A stretch of DNA of 64,000 bases from NCBI RefSeq assembly GCF_009914755.1, contig NC_060937.1. One strand, given 5' to 3'. Made by a program: the position numbers and the translations under genes. This DNA is from the human T2T-CHM13v2.0 reference genome, Homo sapiens. The notes under the pieces were generated by a model. That model was not told the DNA's origin. It ran no database searches and was given only the letters and a program-made list of their open reading frames with translations. Of the stretch, positions 27,456 through 40,985 are shown piece after piece. Position 1 is the stretch's first letter, and every line of letters starts with the position of its first letter.

Positions 27456-30359
27456 AAGGATATTAAAATAATGGCAAGAGAGTATACCACCTACATAAGA
27501 ATTTTTTGAAATGAATATGCCATTTAAAGTTATTCAGATTGTCTGCTCTGAATTACACAGTGCATTACCAGTATTATACAAAAATACATGAGGAGTGGCT
27601 TAGTAGGACCAATTTGAAGTACACCAATTTAATTTCCTCTCTTAATATAAGTCTTGATTATCACCCTTATAATGCCCTCATGTTCCTGGGTTGTATCATT
27701 ATACTACCTGTTTCAGAGATGCCCAAAGAAGGACAAAATGCAGTGATACATGCTAGATTAAATTGGGAAATGACATGAGATGCAAGTTTTTTGTATTTTT
27801 TAAGTTTTTATTCTTGGAAGAATTCTTTATATACGCCATGTTTAAATGTAAGTTCTATGCATCTCAACATCCTCTTTAGAAAAGACTGACCCAAAAAGTT
27901 AGTGTTATACATTTTCTTTCCTTCCTAAATGCTAAAAGTTTCCATTCAATTGACAAGTAAATTATTTGGGCAGAATAACACATTAATCTGGTAGCAAAAT
28001 AATAATAATTCATAAATATACAATGATCCCATATATCTATGCATTTTTATTTAAAGTAGGCTGAATGAACTCTAATAATGTGTTTTTGCTTTCCTCCCAT
28101 AAGGATAATTAAAGTCACTTAATAAATTCTATTCTTCATTATTGAATTATGACCAACAAGATTGTGCTAACAAAGCATTAGTGTAGCCAGAAGTGGTTGC
28201 TGATTAAATCCGAGATACAAAGAAATTAAAGAGATAAACTCATGATAAAAAGTAAAGAAATTGGAGTGATAAACTCATGATTAAAAAAAACAGTAGATGT
28301 TTGAGACTTCGCATTTGAGATAGTTATTGAATCTCACTCTCATGCACACACTTAATGTTAGGATCAAAGAGAGATTCATCTTGTGTGCATCAGAGAGAGA
28401 TTCACGAAAGTAACTAGGTAAGAGAGATTCATTAGACTTGGGAGATGCTGCTTGGTTTAAAATTATATCTGCTGTAAAAGGGGCTTTTAGTGATTATTTG
28501 AAGCTAATACCAAAATCTACCCGGGAGCATGAAATTTTTATAGATCATGCTTCAGAGCTGTAAAACTTGTAAGACCTGGTTTTAAATAGATATTTCCTAG
28601 AGAAATGTAGTTATTTATGAAATATACCTCTAAAGAGAGCCCCATAGGTAGTCAATTACTCACCAACCTGAAATAAGAAATAAAAATATATAAATTTATA
28701 GTAAGAAAATTAAATATATACTTTCTGTAATGAATGCAGTTAAATTTAACTACATAAATATGTATATATACCTAATATACCACTCATAGTCTCTCACATA
28801 TAATATTTTAAAAATACAAATTTTACCACCTTGAAAAAAAACAGAAAAGAGGTGTCTACAATTCTCTGAAATTTTCAAACCAATTTTGTAACACAAGAAT
28901 CTCTAAATATATCAGTAGTCATTTAAATTTACATCACGTGTAAATCATTCACATATGAACATATCACTTTTTAAACTTACTGCATCATCAGCCTTGCCCT
29001 CTTTATACTACTTATTGATGAATAAAAGTAGAAGTGAATCTAAAGGTCTAGTTTTCTGACAATGACCATATTTCTAAGCAATAACTATAAAGACTGAATG
29101 TAGCACAGCTTGTCAACCTGGGTGACTGAGAGAACATTTTCACAAAGCTCTGTACAAAGTCTCTTTTTCTCAGAGGCAGGAATTAGATATTGCCTTCCCT
29201 TAAATATGCATCACTGACTATACTAGCAACATCACTCCTAGTATATGGTCAGTATTAATAAGGAGGATGTCATGTTCAAACATGTAATTAAATATACTAA
29301 TTTGAGCTGCACTGATTTGAATTGATAATTATTTTTAAAATGCTGAAATTGAAGACTATCTTAAAAATATATATTTTCTATATGCATATTTGCTACATTA
29401 CAAGAAAATTATACCATACTTAGAAGAATTTAATACCCTCAATTATCTTAGACGCTATAATAGAATACATACACACTTAGTAGCCAATAACGGGTGTGTG
29501 CTTCCTTTCATCTGAAAGTCTATTAAAATTCTGTGTATAAACATATTGTTGAAATGTGATGAATCACTATGTATATGATAATGAAATTATGGAGTACATT
29601 AGAAATTTTCTGTAAACTAAATAATCAACACAGGCAAATAACATCATAGTTTGATTTTTTGTTTCTAGGAGATTCATGAAGAATTTCAGCTAGCTATTCT
29701 TGACTGTGATAATGGGGTCCAGAATATGACTTGAATTATATTATGAAAAGGTTATTTTGGCCAAAAAAATGCCTGTAGATTGCAAGATTGAAAACAATTG
29801 ACATGAGTAAACTTAGTTACTTTCTATTTTCAGCAACTATGCAGACAATTTAATTCCATTTGGCCAAGGATGTAGGACTCCTTAAACTAGAAAGATGACT
29901 TGGATAATATTACAAAATGATTTAGTTCCAGAAGTGTTATTGATTGGCATATTGTTTTAGGACATTCAGAGCCTGCCCTTAGAGGTGATATGTTATCCCT
30001 GTTGAGTTAGGAGACATAGAGTTAAAATCAGCGCAACTCAGAAGGCTGCTCATGGTGTTTTCTCATACCTGGGTCTATCTGCTCCAGAACTTATTTTTAC
30101 CTAGTCCTTTATTTGTGGTCACGGTGCTGATACGCACTGTAGGATATCCTGTCGTCCTTATCTAATGCTTACTGCAAGAAACATGAGCTCATAAGCATAT
30201 ATATATGCGTTATATACTGTATATATATTTATATATATTGTTTATATATATATAAACAAAATCAATGGGCTGGATCACAGATTCAATAAGAAGCAAAAAA
30301 TCAAACACAAAGAGATACATCTACTAGCACTATGGTAAATGAAAAGAAAAAATAAATAC

Positions 30360-31010
30360 CCAAGCAAAATACATACAGAAAATTAAAGAGTTAAAAACCG
30401 TGGCAGATAGGATAATTAGAGAATGATTATTCATGAGGAACAAATTTAAAAATGGAATATTAGATTGAAATATAAAACTGGAATTGTAGATTAAAAAGTT
30501 CTCCCAGAAATACAATGAAAACTAACAAATAACATATAAGGAAAGTGAAGAGAATTGAAAGCTAATGCAGAAGTTTTAACACCTGGATCATGGGACTTAT
30601 AGAATGAGAAAATATCAAAAACTGGGTATCAGAAATATCTAAATAGATAAGAGAAATATCATACCAGATTAAAAAAAATACATGTAGGCCTTCATATTTA
30701 AAGATCCCTTAAAATGCCAAAGAGGAGAAATAAAAGGATTTTCAAATCTTAACACCACTAGTAAAATGTAAAATATCAATGACAAAAAATAAAATTATAA
30801 AATCTTCCAGAAGAAAAGAATATTTTTATTTAAAAAATCAGAATGATGTAAAATTTTTCAGTGATAATACCAGATAAATTTATGCAAACTTCATAAATAT
30901 TGGAAGAATAGAATGTCAATAGAACTGTCATTAAAATATGAGCTTATATTAAACGTATGCTCAGGCATACAAATTCCCTGAATATCTGATATACATGGTC
31001 AAATATTCAA
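30360..31010 (+). mobile_element. Old L1M ORF1-like remnant
   Basis: A-rich degenerate ORF1-like sequence. Confidence 0.45.
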
Positions 31011-31289
31011 AAACCACTTTGAATAAAGCATGTATAGAATAAAATAAATTCAGAAGATGCTGTGAGAAATATGTGAAATAAAGTTGATTAAATAATTTTA
31101 AGCATTTTAAAATATTATCTTAAACAGATGAGACCATACAAAAAATATTATATAGCAATAATAATCTAGCATGCAATTATAATATATATCAATGTATATC
31201 AGTAGTAAGGAGAGAACAAAGGATGTGAGAGTATTCTAAAATTTTTGCCTGGTGTATATAAAGATACAGATATAATGTTTTTTTTTTAA

Positions 31290-31740
31290 ATGTAGAAGAA
31301 ACAAGTGGTATTGCCTAGTAAAATTAAACATTCACATACCCTGATCCAGTAGTTTCTTATCTGGATGTATGTCCTAAATAAGGTTACAGTTTTTCACCAG
31401 GAAGCCTGTAAAAGGATGATTTTTATTAAAACTATTCTCAATAGCAAAATACAAGAAACAGTCTAAATGGTAGAAGATTATATAAATACATCTCATTTCA
31501 TTCCTACAATTGAAAACGATAAAGATGTGAAAGTAAATGCGAAATAAACAGTACATTCAACAATGTAGATAAGTCTCAATAACATAATATAGAGAGAAAA
31601 CAAGCCACAAGAGAATAAATTCAACATGATTTTATTTTGAAACATCTGAAACAAAATAATATATTGTTTAGAGAAATAAATGTAATTGGTAATATGATAG
31701 ATAAAATCAAGTGAGAGTAAACACAATTATAGCATAAGAT
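31290..31740 (+). mobile_element. L1ME-like 3' end
   Basis: 'cacataccctgatccagtagtttc', 'caacaatgtagataagtctcaataacata'. Confidence 0.55.
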
Positions 31741-33879
31741 TACTGTTGAGGAATGAGGAACAGATTAGTTTGCTCCTCCAAACAGTAAAAATAAAAAGTC
31801 TATTTCTTGGAAGAAGTGTTGTTTTTTAACAGAATGATTCAACTTTATCACAAATATTTTAAACCAATTTGACAAAATCTGTGGAAGGGCAGCCCTTGAG
31901 TTATCATTAGCAGATCATGGATCTAAAATATAAACTATACCTTAGAAATTTTTTTCCTAGGGAAAATTAGTAGATAATGTTAATGCACTGTCTGTATACA
32001 CTTATTAGTCCTCATCCTACTTATTGTAGTTTTGTTAATATAACTGTTTTTATGGCTTTTGGAAGTGTGTTGTCATATTTAGTCAAAAATATACCCTGTA
32101 ACAATTGAAAATGGTAAAATAATAAATTTCCGTATAAAATAATCTTTTAAATTAATATTTAAAGACACATTAATCTTCTATCTAAGATAGTTATAAATAG
32201 TTACTTTCTTGCAAAACCATTGGTAAGATATTAAGATCAATATAGGGAACTTAATTTTGAATAAATTACATTGAATGAATGAATGAAGATTTGAAATTTT
32301 TATATCACTCAAAAGGTTTTCTTTGAGTATTACTATTTTTATTTGTTATAAAATTAAAGATTAAAATCACTTTTAAAACTAATTTTAACTTAAAACAACA
32401 TAAAATTTAACTGCAAAATAATACTTAATCTGAAAGATCTTATTTCCATGAATAAAGTGTCATTTACAGGTTGATTATGATCATAATGTAAAGTTGAGCC
32501 TTAACTGATTTGAGATATGTCTGTGCACAAATAATGACATAATTTCTCTTGATATGGGGAAGAAGGAGACATGTATATAGTCAACTTATGTTCAAATTTT
32601 AGAGATACTAGAACATGTATAAAGCTATCTAGCATATATTCCTTTTAGTGGAAAAAGCACATTTACAGTGAAGCACAACATTTGACTATAGTATTCCAAG
32701 ATGAAATACATTAGTCTAAGAGTGGACATAAAGAGTGGGTTTGTGTGTGTGTGTGCGTGTGTGTGTGTGCTGAAAATGATGGAAGGATGGGGAAGCAACA
32801 GACAGGGGGTTTCTCTTTCACCTGCAGCAGCTAAATTTTTTGTTAACATTTGTATAGTAACTATCAAAGAAAAAAGTACAAATGACATAAGAATATATTG
32901 TAATTGTTATATTATCCTTGGCTTATAGTCATCAAGTAATAAAACCATGAGGTGACAACAGTGAAAATAACAGAATAAAAAATTCAAAAATTCTCTCCTT
33001 TGTAAAAGAAACAAAATCAATGGCAAAAATGTCAGAATCAAGATTTTTGTCATTCTGGAAATTAAATTCTTACAGCAATCTTGGAAACATTTATCAAGGA
33101 AAACAACCGAATATCAGAATAATAAGTTTTATGGCATTTTAACTTGCCCTACTCCTATCCCCTTACTTCCTTTAAAACAGTAACCTTAAAAACTAATAAC
33201 CTTCGTCTACGATGAAAACCAACAACCTTCCAGCCACTAAGGGAACAGAATGTCTTGGGGTTCCTTCAAAGCTCCATTTCCATACAATTGCCATTACTTG
33301 ACCCATTTTCTGGTTCTTTGCAAAACCCCACCTCTTTTAGTCTTCATTTGACTGACTTGAATATTTCCCTTTTAACAACCTTTTGTCTGGAGGCATCTGC
33401 TCAAAATAATCAGAAGCAATTGGTTAAAATTATGGCTGCCTGAAAAAAGAAAAAAAAAATGCTAATGGAAATGGCTGATAACAAATTGAGAAAACAGTAG
33501 GTTAATCAAAAGTTTAAAAAGAAAAACGAGGTAATGAGATGTTTCATAAGGGTCTTTCAAAGCACTGAAATATTCCTGAAAATCTAGAAAGTCATATGCA
33601 TTCACAGGCTGTGTTCATAACTAGGGCTATTCTAAGGCTCAGGAAAACCTGTAAAGTCTCTACATTATCACCTCTTGCTAATTATGAGGATCTGTAAAAT
33701 CAGGAAGTGAATCTAAGGCAGAGTTTAAACATCCTAGCTGAGTATTGAATATGTGCCTCAACAAACAATGAATCTCTCAGTTCTGGGAGACTTATTGGTA
33801 CCAGGCACTTAATAAAATTTATATGTAATCACTAGCTGACCACTCAGCTAACTTAGGTTTAGAGGCCATACATGAATAG

Positions 33880-34442
33880 AATACATGGGGGATACAATCC
33901 AGGACTCCTACTTGATGCCTGAAATCATGGATAGTACCAAACCCTACGTATACTATTAATAAATAGAAAATTTGTTTATACCATGGATCATAGCAACCTC
34001 ACTGCGTGATTTTTTTCAGTCCTAATTAAGTCAATAACTTTTACCTTTTCTTTTAAAGAAAGCACTGTATGCCTTTCCTTTGGGATATCTGGTTGTTTGT
34101 ATAACTACTCTTGGTGCATGGGAGCCATTATTAAAAAACGTGAGAGTTACATAAACAGAAGCACGGCTATACCATTACAGATAAACTGATAACCAAGATG
34201 GCTACTAAATAACTAATTGGTCATGAATGTATACAGTGTTGATACACTGTACGAAGGGGTAATTCACAACCTGGGTGGATGGACCAGGTAAAATTTCATT
34301 ACACTGCTCAAAATAGCATGCAATTTAAAATTTATAAATTGTTTATTTTTGGAATTTTCCATTTAATGTTTTTGCACCACAGTTGAATGCAGGTAACTGA
34401 AACCATAGAAAGTGGAACCATGAATAGAAGAGGACTGCTGTA
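33880..34442 (+). mobile_element. MER44 (Tigger7-derived non-autonomous element)
   Basis: 'gggggatacaatccagga..gatgcctgaaatcatggatagtaccaaaccctac' and terminal 'ggtaactgaaaccatagaaagtggaaccatgaatag..ggactgctgta'. Confidence 0.8.
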
Positions 34443-35139
34443 TAGAGTTAGTTCACAAAGTCACTAAACAAACAAAAACCAGCAACAATGAGCAACAACA
34501 GAAAATCCTGACGAAGAGATATAATCCGATTTCCAGAGTAGCCACATTATATTATTCAAAATGTCCAGTATTCATGAAAAAAATGCAAAGAAACAAGAAA
34601 TTATAACATACATACAGAAAAAAATAAAAAGAGTAGCTATGTAAATTTTCTTCCAGGAGGCAGAGGCATTGGACTGACTATACAAAGACTTTAAATTGAC
34701 TATTTTAAATATTATCAAGAAACAAAAGGAAACCATGTCTAGAGGACTAATGAGAGTATGAGAATAATGTTTTTCCAAGTAAATAATACAATTGAAGATA
34801 CTGACATTACAAAAAGGAACTGAATAGAAATTCCATAACTGAAAAGAACAATAAATAAAATGAAAAATTTAATAGGGGCTTAATTGCAAATATTAGCAGG
34901 TAGAAGGTAAAATAAGCAAAGCTGGGACAATAGATCAGTAAAGATTATCCAGTTTGAGAAGCAGAAAGACAAAACAAATTTTAAAAAGTGAAAAGATCTC
35001 TGGAACAAAAACCACCATCCCAATCTACACAAACTCAGAGTCTCAGAAAGGATATAAAGGCAGAAAGAAGTTGGAGAAATAATGACCAAATACTCTCAAG
35101 TTTTATGGAAAATATTAATTTATGCTTCCAAGTATCTCA

Positions 35140-35483
<344 letters not shown>

Positions 35484-35825
35484 TCAAAATCAAAGCCAAA
35501 GAAAGAATCTTGAGACTAGCAAAAGAGAAGCAGCACATTATGGACAAGGGATCCTCAAAAAAATTATCCTATAATATCTCATCGGAAAACAACATGGAGG
35601 CAGCAGGTGATGGAATGGTATATTCAAAGGATTAAAAAGAAAACAGAACAGAGCAAAACAAACGACATTATCCAAGTTTTGTATTGTATAGAAAAATTAT
35701 TCCTTAAAACTGAAACAGAAAATAAAACACTTTGGAAAATAAAGTAAAAACTAGTAATAAAAAATAATAATTGGATCTTTCATGCCCCAATTTCTGTAGT
35801 AGATATAACAAATAAACAGAAAAGC

Positions 35826-36060
35826 GCTAGCCTGGCCAACATAGTGAAACTCCATCTCTACTAAAAATACAAAAATTAGCCTAGCGTGGTGGCGGGCGCC
35901 TGTAATCCCAGCTACTCAGGAGGCTGAGTCAGGAGAATCGCTTGAACCCGGCGCCTGAACCCAGGGGGCGGAGGCTGCAGTGAATGGAGATTGTGCCATT
36001 GCACTCCAGCCTGGGCGACAAGAGCGAGACTCCATTTCAAACAAACAAACAAACAAACGA
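35826..36060 (+). mobile_element. 5'-truncated AluS with a small internal duplication and a (CAAA)n tail
   Basis: Starts at 'agcctggccaacatagtgaaac'; contains the duplication 'tgaacccggcgcctgaaccc'. Confidence 0.9.
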
Positions 36061-36415
36061 AAAACTATAAACCAACTGAACCTAACAGTACATTCAATCC
36101 AACAACAGAAGAATATACATTTTTCTCAATTTCACATTAAACGTTCTCCGGGACAGATTATATGTTATTTCATAAAAACAAGTATCAATGAATGTAAAAA
36201 AAAAATCACATGCAGTATGTTCTCTGAATACATTGAAATTAAATTAGAAATAAGTATCAAAAAGATTTGGGAAATGCATGAATATGCAAGAATTAAACGG
36301 AACTCTCCTAAATAACAAATATTCTGAAGAATAGATAATGGGAATTAGAAAAATACTTAGAGATCAATGAAAATGAAAACACAACATATCAAAACATGTA
36401 ATACAATCAAGACAG

Positions 36416-36503
36416 TTTTTTTAATTTTTATTTTTTATGGATACATAGTAGGTCTATATAATTATGAGGTACATGTGATGTTTTCATAAAGGCATATAAG
36501 GTG
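36416..36503 (-). mobile_element. Very short L1MA 3'-end insertion
   Basis: 'atggatacatagtagg..tatataattatgaggtacatgtgat' in antisense; flanked by aagacagtttt / aagacactttt (possible TSD). Confidence 0.65.
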
Positions 36504-38773
36504 AAGACACTTTTCATAGAGAAGTATATAGCTATAAACTTCTATATTAAAAAGAAGTACAACAAATAACCTACCATTCTACCTTGAGAAACTATAAGAA
36601 CATAGCAAATCCAAATCAAGCAGAAGGAAAAAAAAAAGAATAATAGCAGAAATAAATAAAATATAGAATAAAAAGAACAATGGATAAGCCAAAAGTTGAT
36701 TTTTCAAAAAGTTTAACAAAATTGACAAAAATCTATTTATATTGACTAAGCAAAAAAGAGATAGAAATCCATTTACAATCAGAAAGGGTAGACAGACATT
36801 ACTACCAGTCTTACTGGAAAAAAAAATTATAAGTATACTCTCAAAAATTATATGATAAAAATTAGATAAGCCCAGAACATATTTCTGGAGTGATTCTAAG
36901 TACTGGAACAGATTCAGGAAGAAATGGAAAATCTAAATAGATTCATAACAAGTAATGCGATTTAACTTGTAGCCATTTTATTTATAAGTAAAAACAAAGA
37001 ACAAAATGGATTCACCGGCAAATTTAACCAAATGTCTAAAGAAGGATTAAAAGAATCCTGTGAAAATTCTTCCAAAAAAAAAAAAAAAAAAAAAGAATGG
37101 GAGGAAACACTTCTCAATTCATTCCATGCTTCTATGCAGCCAGTATTACACTGATACTAAAATGAGAAAGTCATCACAAGAAAGGAAACAAAGCAATATC
37201 CCTCATGTCCCTCATGAATATAGATAGAAAAATCTTCAACATAATGCTAGCAATCCAAATCTTATAACATATAAAATGGCTTCTCCAACATGACTAAGTG
37301 AGATTTACTCCAGGAATGCATGTTTAATTCAATATATGAAACCTGATCAAAATAATAAACCATCTTATTAGGATAACAAGGAAAAAACAAACAAAACACA
37401 ATTATCCCAACAGTTACATCAAAAAAGCATTAGACAAAATCTAACACCTTTTCATAACAAAACACTCAATAACCGTGATCAGAAAAAACTTTTTCAATCA
37501 GCTAAAGGGTGTATAAGAATACCCATATCTAACATCAAACTTCAATAAAAAGAGACTGAAAGTCCTGTACTGGAGATTCCAGTCAGCACAATAGGGCAAA
37601 TAAATAAATAAATAAAATGTATCCAGACAGAAATAGAAAGAGAACTCTTTCCAATTTTAAAAGCCATCTGTGTGTATAAAAACATTCAAAGAAACAAAAT
37701 AAAAACAATTATTTAAGCTTGTAAACAAGTACAGCGACATTAAAGACACAAGGAAGGTTATATATGAGTAATAAAAATTTTAAAAAATCCCTTTACAGTA
37801 ATGTAAAAAAAAGCATAATAATTGGGAACAAATTTAACAAACAGTGCAACCCTCATAAACTAAAACCTACAAAATACTGTTTAAAAAATATAAGAAAGCC
37901 TGAATAAATACAAAAAGATCTCCTGCTAATGGGTTGCAACTTAATATTGTTAAGATGACAATATTCTTCAACTAATCTACAGATTCAATACAATTTCTAT
38001 TAAAATGTCAGGTGACCCTTTTGCACAAATTGACAAATTTATTCTAAAATTCATATGTAAATGCAAGAAACCTAGAATAACCCCATCAAAAAATCTTGAA
38101 AAATGAAATAGGCTCACATTTTCCAATTTCAAAGCCTACTACAAAGATATATTAATTAAGACTATGTAGTACTGGGATAGGGGTAGGTACAAATGAACAA
38201 GTACATGAAGAGATGCTCAATATCATTAGACATTAGGAAATTGAAAATCAAAAGAGTAAAATTTTCATACCACCCAGAATGGCTATGATTAGACATGATG
38301 GACAAGAACAAGTGTTAGCAAGGATGTGAAAGAACTGGAATCTTTATAGACTGCTAGTGGAAATATAAAATCTTACAGATGCTTCAGAAAAATGGTTTTC
38401 TACTTTCACAAAAACTTTTACATAGAATTCTTATAACCCAGCAATTTCACTTCTAGCTATAGAATCAAGAGGTCTGAAAAGATATGTCCACAGAGAAAGA
38501 CCCAAATGTCCACAGCAACATTATTTGTAGTAACAAAAACAGGAAACAACCCAAGTGTAAATCTGATGAATAGACAACAAAATATGGTCTAATCTGTAAA
38601 ATGGAATATTATTCAGCCTTGAAAAAAATTACTGATGCATGAAGCAAAATGGATGTGCCTTGAAAATATGCTAAGTGAAAGAAACCAGATACAAAGGACA
38701 TACATTGCATGGTTTAATTCATATTAAATATTCTGAATTGGCAAGTCTATACAAACAGTAAGTTTATTAATAA

Positions 38774-39220
38774 TGTCTTAGTCCACCTTGTGTTACTATA
38801 AAGGAATACATGTTGCTGGGTAATTTATAAAGGTGAAAAGGTTTATTTATCTTGTGGTTTGCAGACTGTACAAGAAGTATGGCACCAGCATCTTTGTGAT
38901 TTCGGTGAAGGCCTCAGGTTGTTTTACTCATGGTGGAAGGTGAAGGGGAGCCTGAGTGTGCAGAGATTACATGGCCAGAAGCAGGCCAAACGGAGATGGG
39001 GAGGAGTCAGGCTCTTAGTCCATTTTGACTAAAATACAAGTTCTTGTGAGAACTAATAAAGTGAGAGCTTACTCCACCCTGCGAAAGTGCATTAATCTAT
39101 TCATGAGAGATATGCCCTAATGACTAAAACATCTCCCATTAGGCTTCATCTCCAACACTGGAAATTAAATTTCAACATGAGATATGGTGGGAACAAATAA
39201 ATCATACTTAAACTACAGCA
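38774..39220 (-). mobile_element. MSTB-like MaLR LTR
   Basis: 'tgtcttagtcc..ctataaaggaatac..ctgtacaagaagtatggcaccagcatct..aaatttcaacatgagat'. Confidence 0.85.
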
Positions 39221-40294
39221 AGTAGCTTCCCGGAGAATGTGGGAGGGAGGTATGAGGTATGATTGCTGATGGCTATGAGGTGATGAAAAGATTCTAGAAT
39301 TAGATAGTAGCAATGGTTGTAAAATTTTGTGAAGATAAAATATTGAATTATATACATTAGGGTAAATTGTATTGTATGTTAATTATATCTCAATAAAAAG
39401 GGAGAAAATTTTGTGACTGTTTAAACAGAGTAGATTCTTAAAGTGATCTTATTCAATAAGCTATTTGAATGGAATGATAAATATTCTACACTCTGAGAGG
39501 TAATGTTCTTTGCAGGGAAAGAAATATTAGCTATAAGCATTTATAATGGATATAAGCATTTATATCCAATGATAGTGCAAGTAATTAACCATTGCTTAGT
39601 TGTCTTGCTACTGTTGTCATGAAGAAAAAAGAAATGTTTTTAAAGATTTTTCAAATCAAAAAAGACCAATAAAGTAGTAAATTACCCCCAGAAAGAATAT
39701 AATTTGCTCAAACATCAAACTCTTAATATTCTTTTTGAGTTTTAAACTTAAGTTTTGTCTTTTTAAAGATGTCATCTTCTCCCCAACATCCAAAAATAAT
39801 AATTCGAGCTTCCACAGGAGTATAGGACAAAATTATATTTAAGGTATTAAAATGAGCTAATTTGAACATGTAAACGTCTTTAATATGTGGTCAAATTATT
39901 TCAATGATGATGAAAAGTAAGAGTATTCCTAACATCAATATATTAATATTATGTCGTTTTAAACAGGAGGATAAATCAAAATAAAATAGGGAAGACAAAT
40001 GATCCTTAAGCCTTTTCTTAAAGATAATTCTGATGTCTTATGAAAAGAGTATGCAATGCAATTAGAATTAATTATACAATCTCTTAGATAAAAACATCAA
40101 TACATTCTTAGTAACATAACAAAGTGAAAAATAGCTTAAAAATAGTATATATGCACCCTGAAATAGTTAAAATCAATTTGTAAATAATTAATAAAAATAG
40201 TGATTTGAAATAAAAGCATTCCATTGATAGGGCTTAAAGGAAAAAAACAATTTTTTTCTCTCTATTCTGGTAAATTTTATATATTCTAGTTAAT

Positions 40295-40895
40295 TTTTTT
40301 CATTTCTAACTTTTATTTTAAGTTCAGAGGTACACGTGCAGGTTTGTTACATAGGTAAATGTGTGCTATGGTGATTTGCTGCACATATCATCTCATCACC
40401 CAGGCATTAAGCCCTGCGTCTGTTAGTTATTCTTTCTTATCCTCTCCCTCCTCCCACCCCCCACCCTCCAACAGGCCCCAGTGTGTATTGTTGCCCCCCA
40501 TATGTCCATGTGTTCTCATCATTTAGCTCCCACTTATAAGTGAGAATGTGTGGTATTTGGCTTTCTGTTCCTGCATCAGGTCGCTAAGGATAATGGTTTT
40601 CAGCTCCATCTATGTCCCCACAAAGGACATGATCTGGTTCATTTTAATGGCTGCATGATATTCCATGGTACATATGTACCACATTTTCTTTATCCAGTCT
40701 ATCATTGATGAGAATTTAGGTTGATTCCATGTTTTTGCTATTGTGAGTAGTGCTGCAATGAATATATGCATGCATGAGTCTCTATAATAGAGTAATTCAT
40801 ATTCCTTTGGCTATCTACTCAGTAATGGGATTGCTGGGTTGAACAATATTTCTGCCTCTAGATCTTTGAGGAATCACACTATCTTCCACAATGGT
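40295..40895 (-). mobile_element. L1PA13-like 3' end
   Basis: 'aacttttattttaagttcagaggtacacgtgcaggtttgttacataggtaaa..ctcccacttataagtgagaa'. Confidence 0.9.
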
Positions 40896-40902
40896 GGAAG
40901 AT

Positions 40903-40985
40903 TTTTTTTAATTATTATTATTTATATTTTTATTTTGAATTCTGGAGTACATGTGCAGAATGTACAGGTTTGTTACATAGGTAAA
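40903..40985 (-). mobile_element. Short L1PA extreme 3' fragment
   Basis: 'ttctggagtacatgtgcagaatgtacaggtttgttacataggtaaa'. Confidence 0.7.

Noticed and set aside
29650-29990. Acceptor-like sites (ttttttgtttctag at about 29668; tttctattttcag at about 29833) with a short frame EIHEEFQLAILDCDNGVQNMT*
   Set aside because: No recognisable protein similarity or partner exons; such motifs are common by chance in AT-rich DNA.
30238-30259. Perfect 22-bp palindrome ttgtttatatatatataaacaa
   Set aside because: Mostly a (TA)n core, so it is expected by chance.
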